Assembly: GCF_025526975.1 (NCBI RefSeq)
Contig: NW_026515678.1
Span: forward strand, 558,001-622,000
Origin: Fimicolochytrium jonesii
Lineage: Eukaryota
Length of the DNA: 64,000 nucleotides
Reading direction: 5' to 3'
Position numbers and translations under genes: made by a program. Of the stretch, positions 27,101 through 39,746 are shown piece by piece; positions within the stretch are counted from its first letter, which is position 1; each line of letters starts with the position of its first letter. The notes below the pieces were generated by a model that worked only from the letters and a program-made list of their open reading frames with translations, was not told where the DNA came from and did no database searches.

Positions 27101-28298
27101 ACGGATTCCGAGTATTCCGGCCTGAACAACAGCCAGAATGTGAACGCGACCACGGCAGACACGTCGGCATACCACGAGGATATGCGGTCGTTGATGGAGA
27201 AGCAACATCTGGTTAACAGCGCGGCGTCGGAAGACTCGTTGCCTTCAGACGCGGGATCTACTCCTACGACGAAGATTCGGCGCTCGGCGACACGCAGGAC
27301 ACGGCCGTCGTTGGCCGATACGGAAAGAAGGAATGCGGCGAATGATATGAGCAAGACATATCCTTTGCGGATTCTGGTGGCTGAAGATAACGCGAGTAAG
27401 TATCGGGTGCTGCTTTGAAAGGAATCTTCACTAAAGCATACTGACTTACGGTGCCATTTTTCTGTTTCAAAGTCAACCAACAGATCGCACTGACCTTGCT
27501 GAAAAACATGGGTTACAGCGCGGACCTAGCCAAGGACGGCCTCGAAGTCCTCGAGAAAGTCAAGAGCATGTCCACATACGACCTGATCCTGATGGACCTC
27601 TCCATGCCGAAGATGGGCGGCATTGAAGCAATGCAAGAGCTCATCAAGCGGTGGGACGAAGAGGAAGAGCAAATCCGCCGGCAACTCGAGTCCGATCAAG
27701 AGGAATTCGGTGCAGTGCCACCTTCTCCAATGTCGCCACCCCTGGCGAATACATCGCTTCCGCGATCCTCTTCAAGGGCTTCAACGATGTCCGGCCAGGA
27801 AGTGCAGACGGGCGCGTTCCCGAGGAGGCCGGTCGTCATTGCGCTAACGGCGTCCGGAACCGCTGCGGATTTCGAAAAGTGTCGTGATGGTACGTGTTTG
27901 TTTTGTCAACAAAGGGTGTTATCACTATTCTTTTCCCCGCCTTTTCCGACATTGATCCCCAACCACTCCCGTCATCAGTAGGCATGCAAGACTGGCTCAA
28001 CAAGCCCTTCCGCCGCCTTGAAATGCAATCCAAAATCGTCCTGCATTTCGCCCACCTCAAGAAGGCACAAACACCTCTATCGCCTCCCGAAGGGCCTCTC
28101 GGAGCACCAGTACGCGCGCATGGACGCAGCGTATCCCAAACTAGCATATCGAACCCGTTATCTATTCCTTACCCAATACCTAAAGCCTCGGCATCCACAT
28201 CGTCACTCAACCTGGCTTCGCCTGAGGGACGCGAGGCGGCTTCGTCGGCTGAGGAGATATCTCCGTCGCGTGCGCCGACTGCTATGGTATCACAGTAG
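24132..28298 (+). CDS. Hybrid histidine kinase (degenerate PAS/GAF-like N-terminus, HisKA, HATPase, REC); multi-exon
   Basis: KSHFLANMS|HEIRTP (intron 25588-25656), GDVTRIRQVMLNLMTNALK, VQDSGCGI, GTGLGLAISSQLVEMMGG. REC: RILVAEDN...DLILMDLSMP...IALTA...DWLNKPF. Stop TAG ending at 28298. Confidence 0.92.
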
Positions 28299-28746
28299 GG
28301 AGTAACCCCTACCTAACCAGCGCGTGTATATTATACTCCCTGCGATGTCTCGTGGCATTTGGGACGTCCCTTCATCCTCCCACCCCTAACACACATCCGA
28401 CCCTTTCTCCCTGCATAAAGACATCTTGTATTTAGTCATCCGTGGTTGACCATGATTTTGGGTTTGTTTGTAATTTGATTTTTTTCTTGGGGGTTTCATT
28501 TCTTAATCATGAACCGATCAAAATCAATCAATACCTATTCAGGGTTGCTTTGGGTCTCTGTGCGTGGCTGGTGATTCGGAATCATGTTGGGTTCTAGGCC
28601 TCTAGATTAGTACAGTGCATTCCATAGCGGTTGCGTATGTATTTAGTACCGACCTCTAACTCATAAAGGCGCTATTGACAGACGCCATGGATGGGCACGG
28701 CCAAAATCGCCCTGGCAGGCGAAATGATCATCTACAGTATCTACAT

Positions 28747-30274
28747 CTATGTTACAAAGCGCCATACGCGCACAGCACCATCGTCCCCACCCGTTGCCAA
28801 CAAATCCCCGTATCCGTTTTCCTTTAGAGGACACCATTTCACACAGTTTATGTCACTATGGCCGTGGGAGTCGGTTATGGTTGCTACTGTTGCGAATTGT
28901 GGCGTTGTTGAGTCCTGTGTGCAAAGCAAGTTAGTTTCCGAGCCGTGGTGATGTGGTCACAACGTGGCATCCGGAAGAACTCACATCCCCATTAGTTATC
29001 CCATCGTTCGCCGCCATCGATTCCAAAATCTTAACCTTGTTATCAGCACCCGCCGTGACGACCCGACCATGGACTTTCGACCACGACACGCAGTAGATGG
29101 TCCGATCATGGTGCTCTGGTATTGTAAAGATGTTGCGCCATTTCGGGTCTTGGCGCGGCTGGAACGATAATGTGGCGGGATCGGGCCGTGGTGGCGTTTC
29201 TCTTTGCCAAAAGCGCAGGGTGCGGTCGTCGCTTACTGAGGCTGGATGGAGTGTCATGATATGGGAAGTCAGTGTCCATCCCATCGTGACCACGATGATG
29301 AAGACCGCCAGCGGACCTAATAAATCTCCTGTATCGTTGAAATCCACGCCCCAGACAGTCGAGCCGTGGCCTTTCAGCGTATCTGAGCAGTACCAGTCGT
29401 CGTCGTCCTCGCGCCATATTTTCATCGTGTCATCATACGACGCACTGACGAGTAACTTCAACCAAGCAATGCTTCATTAGCATCGACAGTTGACTGAAGT
29501 TGAGAATTCACTCCTCTCGTCACCTACCTCTTCGTTCGGATGCCATTGTACCATCTTGACATCCTGCTCGTGCTCTTGCAGTACACTCAGGCACTCAAAG
29601 TCTGAATCTCCAACGACTAGATCAAGTAACGAAGATGTAGCGTTATCTGGAATGGCCCGTCATAGGTTCCGTCCCTTTCTCAAACTCCACACCCACCTTC
29701 CCAAATCCATACGCTTTTATCTCTGCTGCATGTGGCTAGAAGAGCCCCTGATGCAGACCACGAAACGCTTTTCACTTCGTTTTCATGTCCTTCCAGCGTT
29801 GCGACGCAGTCCCATTCTGGTGGAATTGCAGGAACTGTGAGCTTTCTCCCTGAAGGCTGTGAATGCATCGAATGCAGCACTGACCACCACTATCTATATC
29901 CCGCTCCCAAATCGCAGTGCTGGCATCGAAGCTGGCAGTAGCCAGTAGCTTTCCGTCTGGCGAGAACGCAACCGACCGAATCGTCCTCTTATGTGCGTCG
30001 TCCAGCGTAGATACACAACCCCACGACCCATTCCCTTCGTCCAGCTTCCATAACCGTACCGACTTGTCACCCGAACAAGAGGCGAAAAGAGGTAGTGTAG
30101 GGTGCCACGATATCGACCACACCCGGTCAGTGTGCCCTGGAAAGAGTTTCAGAAGGATAGAGGCATTAGAAAACTCCTCGGGTATGTAGACCTCTATTCG
30201 GCTAGATCAGCATAAACGTGGGCCGTGGGCAACAACTAACCTGGTAATTCCGCCAAGAGCTGGACTTCAGGCAT
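28747..30274 (-). CDS. CIA1: Cytosolic Fe-S cluster assembly WD40 protein CIA1; multi-exon
   Basis: [13 protein letters not shown]...[13 protein letters not shown]...[14 protein letters not shown]...[11 protein letters not shown]...[14 protein letters not shown]...SASYDD...DDDDWYC..TLKGH..TVW...[12 protein letters not shown] at 30274, TAG at 28747. Confidence 0.95.
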
Positions 30275-30560
30275 GTTTCGTTGTACTGGGTCGTCCTTGG
30301 TTTCCAGATATGTGCCGATTTATGCTTACAAAAACGTCAAATGTTGCCTCCAAATGCCCAATCCCGACTTAATCGGATTCTGCCAGTGGGTACGACAGCC
30401 AACTTGCCCCAGTGCAAACAAGATCTCGACAGCGCGCCCCGGGACTGTCATTTCGAAGGAAATAAATGACAGAGATAATCTACAACGGCGGAAGGTACAG
30501 TATGTATACAGAAGGGCAACAGTGTCAGACTATGAGGTACTAAGCGGGCGTGCTGTTGTG

Positions 30561-33500
30561 CTATGATGAAATGACCTCCCAGCGTTGGAGTATACCTTTG
30601 ATCGCAGCCTAAACGAGGGTCGCACAAGAATTAAAGTCATATTCTAAGAATTAACAACGGGAGAGGTAAAGGTGTCGCAAGGGTGAGGACAAACATACCT
30701 GGGTGAAAGGCTTCCCGATGGCAAAAGTAACACCGGCATTGTCGAGCAGCACCTGAGCTTCAGGATTGTCAATCCGATTGGCGGTCGTCACAACGATGGG
30801 TATCTTGCAACCGGCGTCGCGAATAGCCTTGGTGGCTTGATATCCGTCCATGACTGGCATGATGATATCCTAAAGACGAAGGGAAGAGCAATTAAGGCAT
30901 ATTCCGTGGCGCCTGGATAGCGAGCTAGTACTGACCATGAATATGAGCCGGTATCCGTCCCTGGCGCTGTCCGCAATCTCGGTTTGCGCTTTCTTGTACA
31001 TATCTACAGCTTCTTGACCGTTCTCTGCCTCGGTAATCTCAAATTGCCCGGCAGGAAGTATTCTTTCCAGCATTCGGTGCAATATGCGGCGATTCAGCAA
31101 AGAATCATCGACAATGAGGATTCGTTCTTTCCGTGGGACTGTTGCCTCAGTGCCAGGGACGTTGGCCGGATGAGACTTCGATCCTGGAATCAAAGGGGTG
31201 TCCTCAGAGCCTGGAGTTGACTCTGGTGACTCCGACAGCGTTTGCTGTGTGGCGACTGAAATTTCGACCGTCGTCGTGGTTGACGTAGTCGTCGTCCTGT
31301 TCTCGACTCGATTTTCAAGCGGGTTCGCTAACTCGTAAACTGGAGTTGTATGCCGAGACGTTCGCCAGTTTTGTTGCGCCTGTACGGCGATGTCGGTTTG
31401 CTGGTGTTGGGCTTTGTGCAGAAGTTCTACTCGGTGTTGCATATCAGCTGGCGATATGCAGTCATCTTCGGAGCCGGTAGGAGAAGGGGGCAGTGGCTTG
31501 CCACCCGCAGCGAGAGACGAAACTTTGTGCATCAACCGTTGCTTGTTGATATGTTTGATGTCCGTCATGGAGGGTCCGTCTCTTGTTGGTGATGCAGTTT
31601 CCGCTTGATTATGTTGAAGTATCACCCTCGTTGGTCCCGCCAGCGGAGACACTGGGGTAGTGCGGTCCATGTTTGCGGTCGACTGTCCGCCTGTCCAATT
31701 CGAGTCCCGGTCTTTGTATCCGCTATGACTACGGAGTGGGTTGGTATCCGTCCGTTTCCAACTCCTACGCCGTCGTACTGGACCCTTCAATGGCTGAGAT
31801 GAGCCACAATTTACGTTTTCTGATACCACCACATCCAGAACTTTCAGTGGTATTACAAAAGCGAATCGCGTTCCTTTACCGACTTCGGTTTCGACGGCGA
31901 TCTGGCCGCCCATCAGGCGCACAATCTTTTCGGCTATTGGGATTCCCAGACCGCTGCCGCCGTACTCCCGCATCGACGTGACAGCCGCTGGCGTGTAAGG
32001 TTGGAAGAGGGATTCCATCACCTCCGATCCCTGATAGAGGAAAGCACGCGAAATGAAGTTAGCAGGTGTCCGGAGTCCTGGAACATCCAGTACTGTTTGG
32101 CTCCCTTCACGTACTATGCCAACTCCAGTATCTGTGACCGTGATTTCTATCAGATTCCAATGCGTCCATTCCGCTTTTGCGGTCCGCCAGGCGGGTGGGG
32201 GACATCCCAAACCCTCGATTCCAGTGGACGGGTCTGTCCACGTCCCCGGCGTCAAGGCCGAACATCGGAAGGTCGTCAATGCATCCTGAGAAGACTGTCG
32301 CCTCTCTCGCAAACGCGGATGAAGCTCTCCTTCCAGGGTTGAGTCAACAACCGTAATTGAGATCTGGTCCAGTATCTCCTGTTGCTCCAACTGTGGGTCA
32401 GCTGCAGAAAGGATTTTGTTGTTGCTGTTTCCTTTCTCCACTACCGGAACTGTAAAGCTGACACCACCCGCCGGGACATGCTGGGGTGCCCACCACTCCG
32501 TTGCCTGATGAGCTTCAACGATAATTTCACCCCCAGCGGGCGTAAACTTGTAAGCGTTCGACACCAGATTGTTCAGGAGCTGCTGCATCCGGGTCGGATC
32601 GATCTCAACCCGCGTAGGCACGTTGGCTTCCATCACGCTCGTAAACGAAATCCCATGCTTGCGCACCAGTTCCTCCGCGCACGCAAAGGAAGCGTCCAGC
32701 AAATGGTGGAAGTCGAGCTCGCTGAGCTCCAGCCGAACCCTCCCTCCCTCGAATCTGTCCAGATCCAGCACATCGTTGACGATCGCGAGCATGTACTCCG
32801 AGGAAAGCTTCATTGCTCTCGCCGACCTTGTCTGCGACTGCTCGCGCGATAGTAATGACATGTAGCTGTTGCCTCTCTCTGGTTCTTCGGACGCCGGACT
32901 CGTGGCGCAATTGTGCACAACAGGACACGAACACGGCCGTCGCACGGAATGAGATGAGCGCCGCTTCTTTCCCCTTCTGTCATCGGAGTTGCTGTCACTC
33001 GAATCCGATTCGTGGGAAGGATAGTTTTCGTTGCAGTCGTCCGAGAAAGAGACTGTGGCGAAATCGGAAGAAGACCGTTGAGCGAAGGATTCCTCCATGT
33101 CATCCAACAGGAATTCCGCCATATTGGTGACCGCATGCAGTGGATTTCGCAGCTCATGACATAGGAATGACAGAAAACTAGAGGAGCATCCATGAAAGAA
33201 ACCGCGAAGTCAGCACGAATGGGTGTAGCGTAGAAGGCATTTGACAAGCTCACGCACTTTGCCTTATCCCTGTTCGCTTGCTTGGCACGATTTCTTGCGG
33301 CCGCCAACTTCCTCAGCGCTTCCGTGACTTCTGCTGTCCGCGCGGTCACCTTCCTTTCCACGCTGTAATACGCACGGTCCCTGTCCGCTAAAATTGTCAC
33401 CATCCACATTGACGTGAATTTAAGGAGCACTAGGAACATCTGCATTGCCACGATATTCTCGAGAACGCCTGGTGCCCAGGGCTCGCCGGTGCTTCCGCGG

Positions 33501-35149
33501 GTGTAGTATGTCTTTCCCAAAGATAGTGTTAATCCTGAGGAACCTCCGGCCAAAAATGTTGATATCGAAGAGCCCGGTGGACCGAGCACCGCGCTGAGAA
33601 AGAGGACGATGGGGTAGCACATGAACAATCCAAAGATATTGGACAGAAAAGATCCCCGAAACGCAATGGCTCCAATAGGAGGACAAGCAGCGACTACCAG
33701 GAAGAGGAAGAGATGAAGAAAACCTCTCCAGGAGAGCATGGAGCTCCGACAACAATGGATGTTGGTCGATCGTAAGCTGGTAAATGTGACGATCAAGGGG
33801 GCTCCTAGGCTGAACAGAGAGCGGGATTAGCAGGATACAATGCGGTAAACTTGCGATACACCGGAGGGCATCGAACTTACGCAATGCCATTGACGTTCGT
33901 GGTTACCCATTTGACGTAGAAATGCCAGAAGTACAAGTGAGGAGAGATGATGCCTATGACCATGTATGCGCCAAGGAACCCGGTAAACAGAGACATCACG
34001 ATCCCGCACCCAAATGCGGCTGCCTATCAGAGAGATCAGTAACTACATCGTAGCAGTATGGTTGGAATGAAGTCTCTTCCTTACATTGCGCTTCCGGGTC
34101 AAATCGAAGGGCAACCCCGGTGCTCCCAAGTAGTTTGCCACGTACTGGATGACCAAAGTGACCAGGAATGGATCTATACTATCAACCGCCGCGAAGGCGG
34201 AGGCCGTACGGACATCCCATGTGGGAATGCTTTTTGTCAAACGAAAATCTGTCTCTTAGTTCGGAAGCGATTGAACGTGGGGGACGAACAGGCGTACCTT
34301 ATTAAAAGGCTGGCCACAAAGACCGTCGGCGGAATCAGAAGTCGTACCCTAACAGGCGCTTGCATTTGAAAGCCCTAGATGGAACGGAGATTCAGTTCCT
34401 GAGCCGCGGTGAAACTCGGGGAGTTTTGATTCCTCGACATACCACAGTGATTCCGCACACTGGCCAAAACGTTGAGGACCGATTGACAGCCGTCGCTCGA
34501 AAGGCCAGCGCTGACGATACCCACACCACTAGAAGGGTGACCAACCATGCCACCTACAAAAGTATATAAGCATGCACGATCCAATACGGGGGGCAACCCC
34601 AAACATTTTGGTCGTATATCCTCCTTTCCATACCATTTTTGGCCATGGAGTCGGCTTGCTGCCCGGCAGATCTATCAGCCCACACATCATGATCTAAGAA
34701 GACGCTCGAGTCAGTCTGGTACAAGAGGTCCCTCCCGTCTTGAATGGTACACCCTCTCGTACAAATTTCTTTGCCTTGCTCCAATCCTTGGTCAAATCAT
34801 TTACTGAACACCAGCGGTCGACCTTCGCACTTGGCTTGACCGAGTCTCTCCGCGGGTCTCCCGCATTGGTGGCAAGCGACGCAGTTCCCGAGGAAGACAT
34901 TTTTGTGCCGGCCCTGGTCGTGGCCCACGAGCTATTTGATGCGCCCGCATTCCGCCGCCCGGCGAGAGCAGACATGTAGATGTTTGCGCCAGAGCTGCCG
35001 CTGACTCCGCCGCTGCAAGCCGTTGACGTCCATGTGCTCGAGGACGCCATGTTGGTGACCGAAAGCCGCAGAACTCCGCTCTCGGTCTTGCCCCGTTCGC
35101 CGCATGTGATATCACTGGGTTCGGCGCTGGGCGGTATCAGGGTGCTCAT
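30561..35149 (-). CDS. Membrane-anchored hybrid histidine kinase (multi-TM, MASE1-like N-terminus; HisKA; HATPase; REC); multi-exon
   Basis: Several hydrophobic TM exons (33380-34620), then coiled coil VERKVTARTAEV. H-box FLSFLCHELRNPL after intron 33178-33257; NNLVSNAYKFT, DTGVGI, YGGSGLG. REC: ILIVDDS...FMDIIMPVMDG...IGKPF. Last exon AAIKGILQRWEVISS* ends at 30561. Start (35149 or 35050) and the MASE1 label are tentative. Confidence 0.88.
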
Positions 35150-36110
35150 TACTCGAGAACACTCTGCTCATGAACAAATCCACCTCCGTCGGAGCAACTT
35201 GACTGTCCGCCACGAAGTAAAACGAACGCGCATGTCGATTGTGTATAGGGTTAAAAGGGGTGACGAGAAGAGTTAGTGTTGGGTTGCAGTAGTGGGCGTG
35301 GCAGTGTTCTTGCAACGCCATTGTCTAGTCTCCAAGCAGATGCATGCGAAGGAATTACCAATTGGATAATACAGAGAGCAGGGGCGAGACACGCGGATCA
35401 TCAAGTCGAAGTCCAGAACCGTCTGCAGGTATGGTTTGTAAATGTATGTATGCTTTTCGGTAGCGCCAAAAATTCGGAATTTCCTTTTTAGCGGAAGCCA
35501 CACCCGGGAATTCAGAGAGATATGTATTTGTCACAGAGGGGGTGTCCGTAACCATCAGAGTATTGCCACTGTACGAACCATGCTGCCTGGCAATAGAGAG
35601 GCGGTGAAGAGTGCAACGGGGAACCGTTTTCCAGCACTACGAGGTCCGTCCCTGAAGCGTTATTCCAAAGAGCGTTTAATTTCAAACCCAAGAAACCCCG
35701 CCAGACCCCTTCCGGCGGGAGACTGTCTTAGGCAACTTTCCACCTCCGATTGTCGCCGTTGAGCACTTTGGGATGAATGGAGACTCGGCGACGGGAGCGC
35801 GTGACCCATGGCTGCTTCCGCATGCCGATCATTACCCACCTTAGCACTCCTTCGTCGTCAATAGCACTGTTTGTTAATCGCTTCAGCGGGGGGGAGAAAC
35901 GGGGGGACAAGTGGGACAAAGGGGGACAAAAAGTGTGTCGGACTTGCTGACAGAGAAGCGCAACAAAATCGACACCGCGTCGTTCAGGGTCCGTGGTACA
36001 TTTTGCTCGCTGGCATGTAAGGCGATGCGCCTACGTACAGTCTGTTGCCATAAAGCAGGTCGCGCCTGAAATTAAGTCACTGTCCTCGCGGCTGATCATG
36101 GTCCCGACTC

Positions 36111-36213
36111 CCTAATCACGGTATTAGGACCCCTAATCTAAAACTCGATCTGGGTTCCTAATCACGGTATTGGGACCTCTAATCTAAACTAGATCTGGCT
36201 GGGTGCCTAATAT
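36111..36213. repeat. Imperfect tandem duplication of an approximately 46-bp unit (2 copies plus start of a third)
   Basis: cctaatcacggtattaggacccctaatctaaaactcgatctgggtt / cctaatcacggtattgggacctctaatctaaactagatctgg... / cctaatat. Confidence 0.85.
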
Positions 36214-36816
36214 TTAGTAAGTCCCCCGTTTGCGGCAATGACAGCGGCCATGCGTCCAGGCATTGAACCAATAAGTCTCTCTAAATGAACATCCATTGTC
36301 TGCCAGACATTCTGCAGCGGGGCTGTGTCGAGGCGACGTCGGGTGAATCCCCGCTCCTCCGATACCTCCGTGCGCAAAGGATCAACAAAGGAAACTCTAA
36401 TCCGCTGAAGCGGTCGCAGTGCGATGTGCCGAAAGAGCAGCGCGAGATTGACAGGCTTCTATTGAGCGCAAGAGGGAAATGTGATTTCTCGGCTGGCAGT
36501 CCACCGGCGTCATCATGATGCGATCTCCGACGCCCTAGGAGGCTACTATTGAATATAGATTTTCGTCCGGCCCACATCAGCCCCCTCCAATCTACATTCG
36601 CCCAAATCCCAACAATCCTGCCTACCAGTACAGTACTGTACATCAGGCACTTCTTCACACGCCTAGCCAGCTAGCCAACCAGCTTCTATACCACCCATTT
36701 CTACCCACAAATATTCTACGACGACATACAGTATGTGTACTAGAGTAGACTCGATTCAAAGATCCGCGTCGCCAGACGTATTGGGTGAGCAAGTGTAGCG
36801 ACACCATGTTTGATGT

Positions 36817-39542
36817 TCAGAGAAGCGTCAGATGCAAGAAAGCGAATGTGTATAATGGGATGATGAGATTGTCGTTCTGATCTGAGAAGGCTTCTAAGAG
36901 ACCTGGGACAGAGAGGCGATGAGCGTGGTCGGTAAGGAGATACCATCCTCATACAAGAACGTCACGACTACGTCGTCCAAACAAACAAACAACTTACTGC
37001 TGAAGATGATGCACACCAAAAACTCCGGCCACTAATGCAGAGGGAGGACGTAAACAGCTTAGAATCCGTGCAAAGAATAACTACTCGGCAGTGGTAAACA
37101 GTAAACGACTTCCGAATGCATGCAAGCAAACAATCTCGTTTATCTGCATTACTCAGGCAAACCACCAACGATTTCGAATACATCTCCCAACAATAGGGTT
37201 CTGTCCCCCACCTTCAGCCACACACTATCTGCAATTGTTTGCACACGTACCTTATGAGTCGGAATAAGGGGTATTTTAGTGAGCAAAGAGATGGTGACGC
37301 ACGCGACGGTGATGGTGACAATGAACGCGAGCGTTCCCTCAACCGTTTTCGCGGTTCCGGGCCATTTGTTTCTGCCGAACCGTTTTCCGTGTATTGAAGC
37401 CTGGAAAGTGGAAGAGGATGACAAGTTGATGTATAGTCAGAATGTGGCTTCAATGTGACGACCCATCAACAACCCATTGAAGCAGAAAAAACAGGGAGTG
37501 TCATGGCCCCTCACAATACCATTGTATCCCCAATCCCCAACGTCAGCATGCCACTCAAGCCGCCAACGACCATCCGCATCGGTATACGGTTTAACCACAC
37601 AGGTAACGCACACCCAACGAGGAGATACAGGTGCGACAAGATGACCGGCCCACAATCGCGGTCGTCTAGGAACTTGGACAGGAAATCATGTACGGGTTGT
37701 CCGAGCGGGTAGAGGCGGAAGTGGCGGAGGTACTCGAACAGGATGAGCACAGCTAGCGCGACGGAGAAGGCTAGGTGCATGAATTCCGGCTGTGACAGGG
37801 AATCGACATGTGTGAGATTGAGCCAGATGAACAACCCATTTGTGAGATCTGAACTCACATCCCATATGTACCCTGGAATGAACATCAACGTCGCCAGTAG
37901 ATGGAAGTACTTCCGCTTCCAATTCAATACCGCACTATTTGCTGTCGTCTCTGGGAACTTCAGCCATGCGATCGTCACGCCGATCACTATAATGGACGCC
38001 CAATAAAGTGTGACGACGGGTCGGGTGAAGCCGGAGAACAATACAAAGTTGATGGTCCTAAGGAAGCACCATCAGTAACCATTATGCACCGAACGCAGTT
38101 TCACATGCGCTTTCGGGATACTCACCACATGAAAGGCTCAGCCCCCAAACAAAGCTGGGTCCACGGGGCTATTATAAACAAAACCAGCGCCACCACAGCA
38201 ACGTAAAAGAATCCAGACAGCACCATCCATCTCTGCGTTTGACCATCCAGCCGCGCTTGAGATATCGCACGCAATAGAGGTGATAAAGCGATCCCGATAA
38301 GAAGCATCCCGTACACCAATGCGTGCATGAAGACGTTCATTTCGCTTCGATGCATTAGAGTTGGTTGGGGGTGTTGTGGTAGCAGCTGACGAAGGATATG
38401 TAGATGTTAGTTATCGAACGATTTCATGTGAGGAATGAGAACAGGAGCCGCCAACCTTTGATTGCAAGCTGAAAACCGCATCGATAAATAGCAACGCCAG
38501 CGTTTGTGCAACCACCAGCGCCTCGCCGAGCGTGAAGCTGGGCCGTAACCATGACTGAAGCATGTGTAAAAAGGCTTTGAAGATAACTACTCCTCCCAGA
38601 CCTATGAGGGAGAAGAAAAGCGGAGCCATTATTTAGCTCTACAAGAAAAATAATGAAAGCATATGTACACCCCATGCTCGCCAAACCCGTACCATAGATA
38701 ATTTGCATCCGACTCGTCAAAGACGTGAGGCATACACCGACCAGTACGGTCGCCCAAACATGCCGTGTCCACCCAGATCCCAGCCGCATAAACAAGCGAG
38801 CTCCTTCCAAGCTACTGAACCATAAGCTCAGCTTCAAGAAGAGGGCAAAGTAGTCTGGTTGTGATGATCGGCAAGAGGACGTTCGTTAGCTTCCTTCTGT
38901 GGACCGCCGGATCGGGCACAGATATGAGACTCACCACTCATTTCTGGATCCGTCACAGCCAACATCATGCTGGCAGTGACAAGCGGCGGTAATAAGAGAC
39001 CGGCCACTATCCCTGGTTCCGCGTTGGGCCTGTGAGAGACGACGGTCGAGGTTACGCGGTAAGTGATCTGGGAAGCTTCCAAGGCTTTTTCTCCGCTTCC
39101 CGCCGGAGTGCGGTGGTTCGCTTCCTACCTGTAGTAGCCAGTCCGTATCTGGATCGTGCTATTCGTGGAATGCAGACTAGCGAACTGCAACATTAGCGTC
39201 GCCGCCAGAACAACCACCGCCACTGCAGGGACGTGCATTCGGAAGGGTCAGCGCCGAACCATCCAATATCCATACATCTGCCAGAACCGTCCACCAACGT
39301 CTGCCCTCCGCTCCGTACACACCTCCCATATCCCCACCCCATCCAATTTTCCCCAACACCCGCAGCCTGCCAAACGCCCAGGCGTACGGTATAACCAGAC
39401 ATGCTGCTTCGACGACTGTGTGGACCTTGTATGCCGTTTCGGCGGGTGCGGGATGGCTTGAGAGTGCTGGAAGTGGTGGTGGTGGTGGTGGTGACGAGGA
39501 AGGTGGAGGCTCTGCGGGAAGCGCTGGTCGTCGATATGCCAT
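36817..39542 (-). CDS. SEC59: Dolichol kinase (CTP-dependent, polytopic ER membrane protein); multi-exon
   Basis: FTLGEALVVAQ; KRKYFHLLATLMFIPG; FLDDRDCGPVILSHLYLLVGCALPVW; GIGDTM|ASIHGKRFGRNKWPGTAKTVEGT; C-terminal LLEAFSDQNDNLIIPLY. Stop TGA at 36817; start tentative. Confidence 0.93.
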
Positions 39543-39746
39543 TGTTTCTGAACGTGTTGGCTGTTGCGTTGCGAATGTGAGCCGCGGGGCAACTCAATGG
39601 GCGGAATGCCGCAAAGAGGCAGAAAGGACTTCTCCGTTCAGCTCTCCCGACGGGCGCCATCCTTTCCCACAACCAAAAACATTGCACCTTTCCTGCCATT
39701 CACAACTGCCTTGCTGTTCTATTCAAGCCATGTACTGTACCAACGA

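Noticed and set aside
1..35149. Bacterial contamination suggested by two-component genes
   Set aside because: All three kinases contain spliceosomal introns and are interleaved with SNT2, SCC2 and CIA1.
36111..36213. Palindromic direct repeats as a CRISPR array
   Set aside because: Only two units, no unique spacers, no cas genes, eukaryotic context.
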